From: Mobula hypostoma
Lineage: Eukaryota
Reading direction: 5' to 3'
Assembly (NCBI RefSeq): GCF_963921235.1
Contig: NC_086097.1
Coordinates: 210,492,001-210,556,000, forward strand
Length of the DNA stretch: 64,000 bases
This document shows, piece after piece, positions 48,946 through 62,359 of the stretch. The notes under the pieces are model-generated. The model searched no databases. It was not told where the DNA came from and was given only the letters and a program-made list of their open reading frames with translations. The number at the start of each line of letters is the position of its first letter. The stretch's first letter is position 1. The translations under genes and the position numbers were made by a program.

Positions 48946-51927
48946 AACACCCATCTGCTGTGATTCCATATGCTGGAATGCCGAGTTGGTGTTCTGTCAC
49001 TTTTTCCAACTATGTTTCTGTGATAGCAACAATATCACAATCCTTTTTGTAGATTACTTTCTAAATTCATCTGATGATTAGTCAAACTCCTTGCAATAAA
49101 ATTGATGAGATTTAGCATTGCATTCCCCCATATATTGTATCATAGCTATTTCTACTGTTTCCTTTTTCTATTTGATGATATCACCTCAAGCATTCACCTG
49201 CCAATTTACTTTAGACCTGGCCTAACTTACCACCTCTTTGTCAGTCCTGAAATAGTAATTTCATTTCACCTACCCCGGATGCTGCCTGACTTGCTGCATG
49301 CATTTGCATTGTCTTTCTTTCCCCCAATTTCTGATTTCAGGTCCTTGTCTCTTGCTCAGCATAAACTGTAGCCTCTCTGCAGGCTTACAGTCAGAGTACA
49401 GCACAGAAACAGGCCGTTAGCCATCTAGTCCATGCCAAAAACTACAAGCTGCCTACTTCCATCAACCCACACCTGGACCATAGACGCCCATACTTCTACC
49501 ATCTGCGTATCCATCCCAACTTCCCTCTTAAATGCTGAAATCGAGCTTTCATGCACCGCTTGTGCTAGCAGTTCATTCCACACTCACTACCCTCTGAGTG
49601 AAGTTTTCCTTCATGTTCCCCTTAAACTTTTCACCTTTCACCCTTAACCCATGACCTCTGGTTTTAGATCCACCCGACCTCAGTGGAAAATGCCTGCTTA
49701 CATTAACCTTGTCTATACCCTCAATTTTGTATACTTCTATCAAATCTCCTCTCAGTCTTGTACATTCTAAAGAATACAGTTCTAACCTGTTCAGTCTTTC
49801 CTTAACTCAGGTCCTCCAGACCCAGCAACATTTTGTAAATTTTCTCTGTACTCTTTCAACTTAGTTTACATCTTTCCTGTACATAGGTGACCAAAACTGC
49901 ACACAATACTCCAAATCAGGCCTCACCAATGCCTTATATAATTTCAACATAACATCCCATCTCCTGTGCTCAATACGTTGATTTATAAAGGCCAATGTGA
50001 AGAAAGCTTTCTTTAAGACCCGATCTACCTGTGACACCACTTTCAATGAATCATGGACCTGTATTCCCAGATCCCTTTGTCTAACACACTTCTCAGTACC
50101 CTACTGTTCACTGTGTTAGACCTTGATCCTACTGATGTGCAAAACCTCATACTTGTCTATATTAAATTCCATCTGACATTTTTCTGCCCTTTTCCAGCTG
50201 ACACAGATCCTTCTGAAAGCTCTGATAATCGTTCTCACTGTCCATTACACTCCCAATCTTGGTGTCATCAGCAAATCCGCTGATAATTGACCACATTATC
50301 ATTCAGATCATTGACATAGATGACAAGCAACAAAGGACCCAGATCCCTGCGGCACACCACTAGTCACAGGCCTCCAGTCAGAGGGGCAACCATCTACTAC
50401 CACTCTCTGGCTTCTCCCACAAAGCCAATGTCTAATCCAATTTACTATCTTATCCTGAATGCCGAGCAACTCATTCTTCTTGAGCAACTTCCCATGCTGG
50501 ACTTTGCAAAAACCTTGCTAAAGGCCATGTAGGCAACATCCACTGCTTTGCCTTCATCAACTTTCCTGGTAACTTCCTCAAAAAAACTCCATAAGTTTGG
50601 TTAGACATGAATTACCACCCACAAAGCCTAGTTGACTATTCTTAATCGGTTTATGTTGATGCAAGTACTTATATATCCAATTCCTAAGAAAACCTTCCAA
50701 TAACTTTCCCACAACTAATGTTAGACTCATCAGCCTATAATTTTCTTGTTTTAGAGCCTTTTTGAACAGTGAACACCATTGGATATCCTCCAATCCTCTG
50801 GTACCTCTCCTGTTACTAAGGATGATTTAAATATCTCTGCTAGGGCCCCAGCAATTTCTGCACTTGACTTCTGTAGGGTCCAAGGAAACACCTCGTTGGG
50901 CCCTGGGGATTTATTGACAAGTATGTGCCCACAGGATTGCAAATGAACACCTCCTCATCTGTAATCTGTGCAGGGGCCATGAAGTAGATGCTGCTTTGCC
51001 ACATTTTTATAGACTGTGTCCATCTCCTAAGTAAATACAGATTCAAAAAAAATCTCCCCCCATCTATTTTGGCTCACACATGGATAACTATTCCGGTTTT
51101 CCAGAGGACACATTTTGTCCCTTGCAATTCTTTTGCTCTTAACATATCTGTAGAATCCCTTAGGATTCTTCACCTTGTCTGCTGGAGCAAGTTCATGCCT
51201 CCTTTGAGCCTTCCTGATTTCTTTCTTAAGTGTTTTCTTGCATTTCTTGTACTCCATAAGCACCTTATTTGTTCCTACTTGCTATGCACCTCCTTCTTTC
51301 TCTTAACCAGTGTCTCAATATCTCTTGAAAACTAAGGTTCCCTACTCGTTATCTTTACCTTTTATTCTGACAGGGACATTTTTCTTTTGAAGGCCTCCCA
51401 CTTACTGAGTACATCTTTGCCAGAAAACAGCTTGTCCCAGTCCACACCTGCCAGATCATTCCCAATATCATCAAAATGGACCTTACTCCAATTTAGAATC
51501 TCAACCCGTGGACCAGACCTATCTTTTTGCACATTTACTTTGAAACTTTGTGGTCTCTAGATGCAAACTCTTCCCCTACACAGACTTCTGTCACCTGTCC
51601 TGTCTCATTCCCTAAAGGCAGATCCAGTATCACACACTCTCTCATTGGGACTTCTACGTACTGATAAAAGAATCTTTCCTGAACACATTTGACAAACTCT
51701 ATCCCTTCTAGTCCTCTTCCAGTCAATATATGAAAAGTTGAAATCACCTACTATAACAGCCTTAAGTTTCTTACAACAGTCTGTGATCTCTTTACAAACT
51801 TGTTCCTCTAAACCCCTAGGACTGTTGGCTGGTCAGTAATACAGCCCCTCATGACACCCTGCTTAGGGAGTTCTCCAGTCCATCCTGATGGAGCTCTGCC
51901 TGAAATTTTCCCTGACTATTAACACCA

Positions 51928-52453
51928 TGTCAGGTTTCAGCAAGGCTCAAGTGCAGACCAACAAATACTTTTTCACCAGGGTTTATTAAGGAGCACAAAG
52001 GCAACAGTCTTCCAAAAACAGAAGGCAGGAACAAATCCAAAATGGCAGGCAGAGGTCTTACCAGGAAAGGCAGTCAGGTGAGGGCAGACAATCCAGAGCA
52101 CTCAGGCAAAAATCAGGTCCAGGAACAGGCAAAACCCAAAACACAGAATCATACAAAATCTGTTGGCAGAAGTCATAATGACAGGCTAGAATAACACAAG
52201 TCAGAATCTGGGACAAACTGGCAGAGAATGCTAGTCAAGGCGGGGTTTAAATGGACAAGGTAATAAGTGAAAATTAGACACAGGTGGGTGCAAATGAGGA
52301 GACAAGCAGGTAATTGGAGGAAGTCCAAAAAAGGAAAGGGGCTGGGCCAGAACCCACATGGCCAGGTGAAAGAAAACAGAAATTTAAGACTGTCGTGATC
52401 CAGAGCTACCAGCAGAGGCCCTTTGACCCAGTGTTCAGGCCGGATCCTTAACA
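51928..52453 (-). mobile_element. Solo LTR (~526 bp) inside the CR1 endonuclease region
   Basis: TGTCAGG...CCTTAACA termini, TSD CACCA (51923-51927 / 52454-52458), minus-strand AATAAA at ~51982. Confidence 0.82.
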
Positions 52454-53915
52454 CACCACGCCTCCTCCTTTAATCCCTCCCGCTCTGTCACATCTAAAGT
52501 AATGGAATCCCGGAATACTGAGTTGCCAGTCCTGGTCCTCCTGCAACCAAGTCTCACCAATGGCTACAATGTCACAATTTCAGGTCTTTGTCCACGTCCT
52601 GAGCTCATCCACCTTTCCTATAATACTTCCAGCATTGAGATATATGCTGCTCGGGACCACCATGTTCAACCTTTTGATTCCTGACTTACTCGAACATTTG
52701 TCTCCACAATCTCTCCACTAACTGCTCTGCCACTCTGGTTCCCAAACCCCTGCAACTCTAGATTAAACCCCACCATGCAGCATTAATAAACCTTCCTCTC
52801 CAGTTCAGGTACCAATCATCCCTTCTATACAGGTCCCACCTTCCCTTAAAGAGAGCCCAATGTTCCTAAAATCTTATGCCCTCCCTCCTACACAAACTCC
52901 TTAGCCACGTGTTGAAATGTATTGCCTTCCTAATTCTGGCCTTATTGGCAAGAGGCTTGGGTAGCAATCCTGAGATCACAACCCTGGAGGGCCTACCCTC
53001 TAACTTACCACCTAACTCCCTGAACACCGTACTTAGGACCTCTTCACTCATCTACCCATCTCTTTGGTACCTACATGGACCATGACCGCTGCTATTTACC
53101 TTCCAACCTAAGAACGCTGAGGACTTCATCCATGATGTCCTGGCACACAAGAGGCAACAAAGCATCCGGGAATCCGGGTCTTGCCCACATAACCGCCTTT
53201 CTGTTCCCCTAACTACCAAATCCCCTATCAACACAGCACGCCTCTTCTTCCCCTTCCCTGCTGAGCCACACAGCCAGACTCAATGCCAGAGATTCAACCT
53301 CTGTGTTTTTCCTCTGATAAGTCACCCCCCCAAACAGTCTCCAAGGTGATGTGTCAGTTATTGAGGGGGTTGGCCACAGTGGTACTCTGCACTGGCTCCT
53401 TAACCCCTTTCCCCTTCCTGACTTTCACCCAGTTTCCTGTGTCCAGCACCCTTGGTGTAACTTCCTCTCTACATGTCCTATCTATCACCCCCTCAGTCTC
53501 CTGAATGATCCAATGTTCATCTAGTTCTAGCTCCAACTCCTTAATGGGAATTTTTAGAAGCTGCAGATGGATGCACTTCTCACAGGTTAGGGATTGTTCG
53601 GGATATTAGAGATCTCCCTGCCTTCCCACATCCCGCAAGAGGAGCATTCCACTCTCCTGCTTAGCATCTCTACTGTCCTAACTCAGCAAATGTAAATCTA
53701 CAATCTGCAGTTTTTTGTTTTTGCTTACTCTGACTGAAGCCTCTCTTCACTGAAACATTGAAGAGCTAAATCCTCAAGAATCACCACTCTAATCTGTCTG
53801 TCTGTATCTTGTTTTACGGCGGTTGGCATCCAGCTTAGTGGTGCATTACCGCCACCCTCTGCTCCAGAATGTGCACTAGACATACATTCTAAATCCCTTC
53901 ACCCAATCGCGCGTG

Positions 53916-53937
53916 CACACACACACACACACACACA
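53916..53937. repeat. (CA)n microsatellite in the 3' UTR of the Nimb-like LINE
   Basis: About 11 CA units. Confidence 0.9.
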
Positions 53938-53995
53938 AACCTACACTTCACCCTCCCATCTTTGACCATCCTAGTATCCTATTCCTGTTTATTCG

Positions 53996-56900
53996 TCATA
54001 TTCTATAAAAAACCCCTGTACCCCTTAAAAATGCTAAAAATACCTGGACTTGTGCTCTCTCACCCATGCCCAGCAACCCTTTTAATGTGAATTCCTGCAT
54101 CCCCAACTCCCTTAATTTATTTCTCATCATCTCTCTCTGTATCCCATACTTCCTGCAACACAAAACTACATGTTCTACTGACTCCTCTTCCTGACATTCC
54201 TCACACAATCCTGTCTGGTGTTTCCCTATCATTTTCAATGTTTTATTTAATGCACAATGCCCCAGCCTAAACCTAGTCCACACAATTTCCTCTCTTCTGT
54301 TTCCATTACCTACCCTAGTAACTGCAACACTCTTTTGTATTTGATATAAATGCCTCCCTTTCCCCTCCCTGTCCCATCTTTCTTGCCACATTCAGTTGAC
54401 TTTTTCCCAGATTACACACATAACCTCTGCTTTACTGATACTAATGTGCATTTCCACATTTTCTTTCTTTAACGCCCACTTTGCCAACTCATCCACCCTC
54501 TCATTCCCCTTCACCCCTACATGTGCTGGAACCCATAGAAATTTTACCTGACCTCCCTGATTTGCAATTCTTGTAACTAACTGAAGGACTTCATAAAGTA
54601 CATCTTGCCGACTGTTTGTGTGAAAAGACCTTAAACTTGCTAGAACTGAGGATGAATCTGAACATATCAATGCTTTGGCTTGTCTGGCTTTCTGCACCCA
54701 TTGCAACGCAACCAACACTGCCAGCATCTCCACTGTAAACACCCCTAACTTATTAGATGTTCTTCTGCTGATTCCAATTTCTTTTGCTGGTATTACCACC
54801 CCAAACCCTGTCACTCCTGTTTCAGGTTCCTTCGCACCATCCGTATAAATGTGAGTATAATCACTATACTTTTCCATCACATGACAGTTAAATGCATTTA
54901 CCAAATCTGTTTTATGTCTTTCTTTCCTTTTTACCTCTAACAAATGCCAGTCTATGTCAGGCCATACAAGCTTCCATGGAGCTACAACCGGATAAACTAC
55001 TGAAGGACTTATCCTCAGATCAAATACTCCACATTCTTTCGCGATATCATTCCCTACCCGACTAAAGGTATCCCTCTGAAACCTTCCATTTTCCCAGCAC
55101 TCCTGCAACACTCCTTTAGTAGGGTGAGAATCATTGTGCCCCTGCAAGTTAGCCCAGTAGTTTGCCATCAGTTGCATCCTTCTTAGTTCCAAAGGCATTA
55201 TTCCCATTTCTACCTGTAGGGCTGACACTGGTGACGTTTTAAAAGCCCCACTGCACACCCTCAAGGCCTGAGCCTGAATCACATCCAGTTTCCTTATAAG
55301 AGACCTAGCTGCTGATCCATATACTATATTTCCATAATCCAATACAGATCTTAATAAAGCCACATACATTCTCTTCAAAGCTGAACAACTTGCTCCCCAT
55401 TCCCTACCAGTCAAACATCTCATCAGATTTATTACTTTTTTACATTTCTCCTCAACTTTCCTGATATGGTCTGCCCATGTTAATCGTGAATCAAATATAA
55501 CTCCCAGAAATTTAAATGATGCAACCCTTTCTAATTCAACCCCATATATCCTTAACTTCTTCCCTACCTCAACCCCTTTCCTGGTAAAAAATACAGTTTG
55601 AGTTTTATCTACTGAAAATCTACATCCCCAATCATAACCCCACTCCACCACTTCATCAATTATTTCTTGTAGTTTCCTGATTATATAGTCCATGTTCCTG
55701 CCTCTTTTCCACAAGGCCCCATCATCCGCAAACAGTGACCTACCTATATCCACTGGTACCTTTGTGAAGACATCATTGATCATAATGATGAAAAGTAACA
55801 GGCTAATCACACTACCTTGAGGTGTGCCATTTTCCACTATGTACTGTTTTGATAATTCTGATCCAATCCGAACTTGAATTTTTCTACCAAACAAAAAATC
55901 TTTAATCCAATTAAAAACTCTCCCACCAACCCCCATCTTATGCAGTTTAATTAATAATCCTTCCTTCCACATCATATCATAGGCTTTTTTAATGTCAAAG
56001 AACACTGCCACTACTGACTCTTTATTTGCCTGGGCCTTCCTTATTTCAGTCTCTAACATAATCACCGAGTCCATGGAATTCCTTCCCTTTCTAAAACCAC
56101 TCTGATAACTTGCCAGCACTCCCCTTTTCTCAAGCTCATATGATAACCTTTCTGTTATCATCCTTTCCATTATCTTACATATACTTGATGTTAATGCAAT
56201 TGGTCTGTAGCTAGGGGTTTTGACAGATCCTTGCCAGGCTTCCTTATTGGAATTACTACTGCTTCTTTCCATGCACTTGGTAATCTTCCCTCCTCCCACA
56301 CTCTGTTATAAAAATGCAGCAACTTCAAGAGCGCTCCTTCTCCTAGATTTTTTAGTATCACAGAGCATATCAGATCTTTCCCTGGGGAGGTTGGTCTCGA
56401 TCTCTTTATTGCTCTCACCATTTCTGCTAATGTAAATGGATCATCAATTATATCATCTGTTCCTTCCCTCCTGCTTAACACACCTGGGTGTTGGCTCATT
56501 ATTCTTTCCCTTCTTCTTCTCCCTTCTTCAGACAAATTTTCTGAACTGTGTATCAGTACAAATGACTTGGCCATGACCTCAGCCTTATCCCTACTGGAGA
56601 CTGCAGTTTCCTCCTCAGATATCACTACTGGATATTCCCATTCCCTTCTATCTCCTCCCATCCTCTTAATCATTCCCCATATCTCTCCCACAGGTGTTGT
56701 TCTTCCTACCTTGTCGCAAAAACTCCTCCAACTTGCCCTTTTAGCTTGACGTATAGTTCTTCTCACCACTGCCTGTGCTTTCTTATATTGAACCAAATGC
56801 TGCATATTATGGGTTCTTTTAACTAGCCTGAATACTCTATTTCTGTTTTTTACAGCCTGACAACATTCCTCTGTCCACCATGGTACCAGTTTTCTATTCA

Positions 56901-57750
56901 TCCTATTTTTACTCCTAGGTATAGATCCTTCTGCTGCCATGATAATTGCTGAAGTCACCTGACTGTTTAATTCATCTACATTTCCAGAAATATCAATCTT
57001 TGTCAACCCTTCTTCACTCAATTTCTGGAACTTACCCCAATCAGCTTTTTCAAACACCCACTTTGGGGTTCCGCCACCTGGTCTTACTTCAACTCTTTCA
57101 CCCACTGAACACAAAACTGGGTAGTGATCACTGCCTACTGTTGAAGCAGTCCAAACTCCCCAGTTACTAATGCCAGCCAAGGTATTAGACACTAATGTAA
57201 TATCTAACACTGACTCAGTTCCTGTTGTTATATCTATCCTTGTGCCGCTACCATCATTCATACACACCAAATCCCTTTCTTCCATCAAATCTTCAATTAC
57301 CTTTCCATTTGGATCTGTAATCTGATCCCCCCATATTGTGCTATGCGCATTGAAATCTGCACACCACACTACTTTATGTCTGTTTTGTCCTTGTATCTTT
57401 AATAGGCTGTCCAAATCCAACCTTTTACATGGATTGTAGTAGTTAATTATATCCACTCCCTCCCCTCTCTCCCACACTTCCACCACTATGTATTCCTGAT
57501 CATCTCCTTTTTCCAGTACCCTATATGGTATACCTTGCTTGATTAACATAGCACAACCCCCTCCTCCCCCTAGATTTCTATCTTTCCTTATCATTGTATA
57601 CCCATATACCACAAAGTCTAAAGTTGGTTTCAACCAAGTTTCCTGAATACACACTACATCCGGTTTTACAACCATTTCTTTAATAAAGTGCTTGAATTCC
57701 TGGCTATTGGCCAGTAAGCTCCTTGCATTCCATTGTAAAAGAATCACCAT
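53996..57750 (-). pseudogene. ORF2: AP endonuclease, reverse transcriptase, RNase H and C-terminal Zn finger; one frameshift and one stop
   Basis: LLQWNARSL, CIQETWL, DFNAH, GSDHYP; SYRPIALTS, GTPQGS, LFADD; IYTDGAK...CSDS...WVPAHVGVKGNERVD; CEEC..ESVEHVVLCC. Frameshift ~56210 and TGA at 54392-54394. Confidence 0.93.
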
Positions 57751-57758
57751 AATTAGTA

Positions 57759-58990
57759 TTAACCAACACATGACACTTCCTGGCTTGACTGATTACTGAG
57801 GTTCTCCCTCACTTCCTCCCATGTCAGTCCTACTAATCCTAAATGGTTTACTGCTGCTTTTACCACCAGCTGAATTTTGTCACTTTTTGACTTTACCTCA
57901 GCCGTACTATTAATCACTCCTGCAATGAATGTTACTAGAGCCTTTTTGTCTACATAAATCCTGTCATTTGTTCTTTGTTGCATCTCTCGTATTCCTATTG
58001 CTCCCTGTTCATTAGGAGGATTATTCTGTTCTCTTGACATTCTTACAGCTTCTGCATAAGTGATCTTTCTTTTCACTCTTATTTCTTGAATTTTATCTCC
58101 CGTCTGACAACCTCACACCCACTATATGCAACATTATGAGCTCCTCCACAATTGCAGCATTTTGGTTGAACTCCTGTTCCGCACTTTCCATATTCATGAT
58201 CACCCCCACATCTAGCACATCTCCTCTGCCTTTTACAGTTTTTAGCCACGTGTCCAAACCTTTGACAATTATAGCACCTCAGTGGTTTTGGCACATACAC
58301 CCTTACTGGGTAACTCATGAAACCCAGGAACACCTTCCTCGGCACTCTTTCTTCTTCAAATTCAATCAATACTGATTCACTTTCCTTTTTCACTCCCTCC
58401 TTTGTTGTTTTCAGTCTTTGAACATTCATTACTTTCCCTCCTTTGATATTCCTCTTTATCTCCTCCATATTTATACTCATTGGTATCCCCGTGATCACTC
58501 CTTTACAACCACTATTTTGTGCTCCCACCCTCCCAGTGTATTCCACCTTGCATTTTCCTATCTCTTTTAGCTTGAGTGCTTTCTCAAGTTGTTCCTCATT
58601 CGCACATCTTACCAATAAGTTACCATCATTAAGGACTTTTGCAAATACTATTTCCCCTATCTTATTTGTCAGAGTTGTTGTTAGCACAAACGGGTTAATT
58701 TTCTTCATATGTCCCTGAGCCTTCTCATTAAACCTAATTATGACAACACCTCCTCTCTGAGCTTGTTCATCTTCCTCACTTTCAGAGCTTTCTCCACTAT
58801 CATTTCTTATTCTTTTATTCCCTTTGTCTTGGTTTTTATTCATCCGACCCATCACTATCTCCTCATTCCCTTTATTTCTCCCTTCACAATAATCCACCTC
58901 TCCCCAGCTGCCTACCTCTGGTCCCAAGTCTCTATCCCTCTCCTTCTCCACTTTCTTTCCCTCAACCCCGCCTCTTATCTTGTCCGCCAT
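57759..58990 (-). pseudogene. ORF1: gag-like protein with three Cys/His knuckles; one frameshift near 58090
   Basis: PLRCYNCQRFGHVAKNC, CARCGGDHEYGKC, CCNCGGAHNVAYSGC. C-terminus 'ITYAEAV' lies in another frame (ORF 57759-58076). Start at ATG 58990 is inferred. Confidence 0.9.
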
Positions 58991-60044
58991 TACCGGACCT
59001 ACACGACCCCCTCCCAGCAATTTCCGTTCCTTCCCCACTCTCTTTCCCTCAACAGGTTCCAAACCACATTCACGCATCAAGCAAAACACAGCCAGCTTCC
59101 AGTCGAGCCAACTCAGCAGCTGAACCTTCCACCCGAGAGCGACTCTCCCCAGCAGTTCCTCAGCCTAGCCTTCCTCCTCAAGAGCTCTACCTCATAGCTT
59201 TCATTTTCACCACTCTAATCTAACTCTGTCCAGTCAGGTGATGGCTGCTGCACTTGCCCCACCTTCTTTAATTTGTCCCTGCTAATCTATCCCAATTGCC
59301 AATTGGTCACTGGTCCGAGCTCAAAAAGTACTGCTGCCTTTTCCTACTCCGTTAGGGAGCTTGAGTGAAATTCCCTCCTCTCAAGCTTCTGATCTCCTGA
59401 TTGGTCGCTGGTAAAATCTCCAAAAAAAGAACCGCAAATTTTTTGGACTGAAATTTCTTTCAGCCTTCCAGAAGTCTCAGTCAGGAAATATGTAATTTTT
59501 TAACAGCATCCATACTAAAAATTTCATCTCATGAGCTTTGGTCTCAGTCCCTGCCACGATATTGGAAGGGTTTTTTTTTAATCGAAGTCACTAATGACCG
59601 AGTATTGCTGTGACAAAGAAGGCCTTTCCTACCTCCTTGCTGTCTACTTGGCCATCCTGTTGAATGATCCTATGCTTACTAGACTTGTTGATTGTTGATG
59701 GTATTTCAGCTGCAAATAGAGCAGCCTCTCTTTGGCCATTTCAGGTGACCAAACCTTAGCTACTGCATTATTTTTACTTACTGGTTATTTACATTCCACT
59801 TTCATCATATCCCACCATCATAAAAATATCAGTAAATGTTCCCATTTCTGATATGTTGAAGGAATTCCACAACTGTAGCAGATGGTGATGATGAGGAATT
59901 CATGCACTGATATTCAAGGCTGGTGTGATTGACTTCTAAGAACACAAATCATTTTCCTGTTTGTAATCAATGTTTCTAATCAATAGAGATAATTTAAAAT
60001 GTCTTTATTATTACTTTATTACTTCTAGACCTTTAAGTGAGTTC

Positions 60045-60730
60045 TCAGTCCAGATGAACTGAGTCGATATTCATGCCATCAGATTGGAGGCCACCCAGAT
60101 GGAATATAAGGTGTTGCTCCTCCACCTCGAGGTTGGCCTCATTGTGGCATAGAATTTGGAGGGAGAAGTGGCGGAAGAAGCAGTTAATCAAATGTGAACA
60201 CTTGGGATCTAATGTTCCCTCTAAGGTGTGTGCGCGCACATATCTTTTGCGACTAGCGCCCAGAAGAATTTAAACTGTATACAAAGGGTTGGCACCCTCT
60301 AGCTCATTGGCATATTAGGTATATCTCATGATTGTACACAATCACATTTCCTTTTCCAGTTTCTAATGTGGACGGAGTTGACAACGTGGAGTTTGCGATG
60401 ATTTGTCTGCAGATTTTAGAACTGGCTTCTTTACACTCCTTTTATTGAAGAAATTATTCAGTGTACACATTTTGTTGTCACTGGGCAAAAAATTTGACAG
60501 CATGAAATTTTTGTTCACACTGGTCATTACAAATTTGAGGGAACATTGCTGGGATCCTTGGTGGGTTCAAAACGGGAGGACTGAAAATGGAGTTGTAAGC
60601 CATGTGGAACAAGATTGCAGAAAAGACAAGTTCTCAGGATGGGTATGTGCTGTGGTAGTCATTCTGGGTGAGAACATGGTCGAAGAGTTGGAGAAAAGCA
60701 GAAATCACAGAGGGAGAGTAGTGACCGATT
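60045..60730 (-). mobile_element. Dispersed copy of the PLE-derived unit seen in tandem at 62.5-63.9 kb, interrupted by a MITE
   Basis: ORF 60045 (EANLEVEEQHLIFHLGGLQSDGMNID) joined to the same spacer as 62600-62800. Confidence 0.72.
60210..60548. mobile_element. Non-autonomous hAT MITE, copy 2
   Basis: TIRs TAATGTTCCCTC / GAGGGAACATTG. 8-bp TSD TTGGGATC / CTGGGATC. Confidence 0.88.
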
Positions 60731-62359
60731 GAGTATCAGCTTTGTTATCATGATAACTTTAATGGCTATAAAACAGTTCTGTGAAGTTCATGATTGGATC
60801 ACAATTTGCTGCTGGAAGATCTGTTCAAGGATAAGTTCAGTGTGAAAGCAAGAGGACAGCCGTGAAAATGATGAGCTAGTTAGTTTTCTTGCAGATGTCT
60901 GATACAACTGCATAGTTAGCTTAAGACCAGAGCCACAAGTAATATAGCTGACAGATAGGTGGTGGTTGCCTAAGGAAGGCTTGCTCCCTGTAGTCCTGCA
61001 GTTCAGCTTGTATCAGACTTCTGTGTGTGTTTGAGATGAGAAAAGGTCAGATGTCAAAATCTGGGTTCATTACTGACCCCACGATGTGCTGGACAGGGGC
61101 ACACAGTGTACTTTGCACCTTTATCTCAGCTTTGTGTGAGGACATACAGGCAATGCGTGACTTTATATTACGTGAATAAAAATAGAATTCCCCCCCAAAA
61201 TAGTGAATTATTTTAATATTTTAAATTAATTGTTAGTATTTTAAGGTTATTTCATTACGTCATTTTTCATTCATTGACTGTTAAATAATTTATCATTATT
61301 TGTGTATTTTAAAATTATTCAATTATGGCTTTTAGAGATGTTTCAAAATTGTTCAAATTCCTTTGACAGTGGCACATATCTAAGGCTGTAAATGCTCTTT
61401 TTTGTCTGGAGCAATAGGATTTGCATCTGAGATCTACTTACCACATTGAACTCACTCTGCCTTGTGGGATCCCAATTGATCTGACTCTATACATCCAGAG
61501 AAAGTAAATTTCTGGACAGGCACCACAGGCAGTAATTCCAGGCTGTGTACCTTAGCCAGCCCATTCCAGCTCATGCATATTTGATACGACATGTAATGCC
61601 AATTCTGATCAGTGAGGAAAGAGGTAGAGCCCAGCTCTTGTTTCAGCCCTTGTCTGCCAAGGTTACTTTGCTTCATGTGTAATTTGTGTGCAAATTCAAA
61701 AGCAGTAGAGCTTTGGTTCCCTTTTCTTTTGACTATTTTAAAACCCATGAATATTTATAAAATGAAAAGCATAGCAAGTCAATTACACCTGTAGGAGTGA
61801 GAAATGGTATGTTAGAGGGAGGAGGAGGCTTCTCTTAGATGTGGAATATATGAAAAATGCAAACACCCATACTTAAAATTCAATAATCAACCTTTTCATC
61901 CTGATTTGCTATACATATAATCGTGAAATTATGTCAAGGAAGCACTTTCCAGAAATTATAAGATGCATTGAAGTGTAGATTGTAAATAAATCTATACCAG
62001 ATGATGAGGCTATACTTTGCTAACCATGCTTTGTTAGCTGTGAGTAATTTTGTGGATTTCTCCTGATGTTAGCTGGTCCTTTTAAAAATGATTCTTGTTC
62101 ATAAATAATTGCTTAGTAGATCAATAGCAAGATGTATAGTTTGGGGTTACTTGAACATAACTCAGCCAGCTGCAAATCAATTAAATTGGATCACCCACGC
62201 ATATACATTTTGATCAATTTTACTTTCCATAATTATAACTTAAATTAATTTTGCCAGCTGTCACTTCCATTGCTATGGCCTAACTTCTGTAATTATTTCC
62301 TAAAATTGCTTTGTCTCTCAACTGCTCTTTCCTAGTTCAAGACATTTTTTAAACCTTAA

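Larger units (their letters stand above)
53796..59206 (-). mobile_element. Full-length I-group (Nimb-like) non-LTR retrotransposon
   Basis: Perfect 15-bp TSD TCACCACTCTAATCT (53781-53795 / 59207-59221). Gag-like ORF1 plus APE-RT-RNase H ORF2. Short (CAGA)n tail. Confidence 0.95.
49395..59400 (-). mobile_element. Near full-length decayed CR1 LINE hosting a solo LTR and the Nimb-like LINE
   Basis: ORFs 49861, 50578, 50751, 51027, 51535 (ORF2) and 52866, 53052, 53354 (ORF1: LIGDLVVRG, VVISGLLP). Continuation of the 5' UTR beyond 59222 is less certain. Confidence 0.78.
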
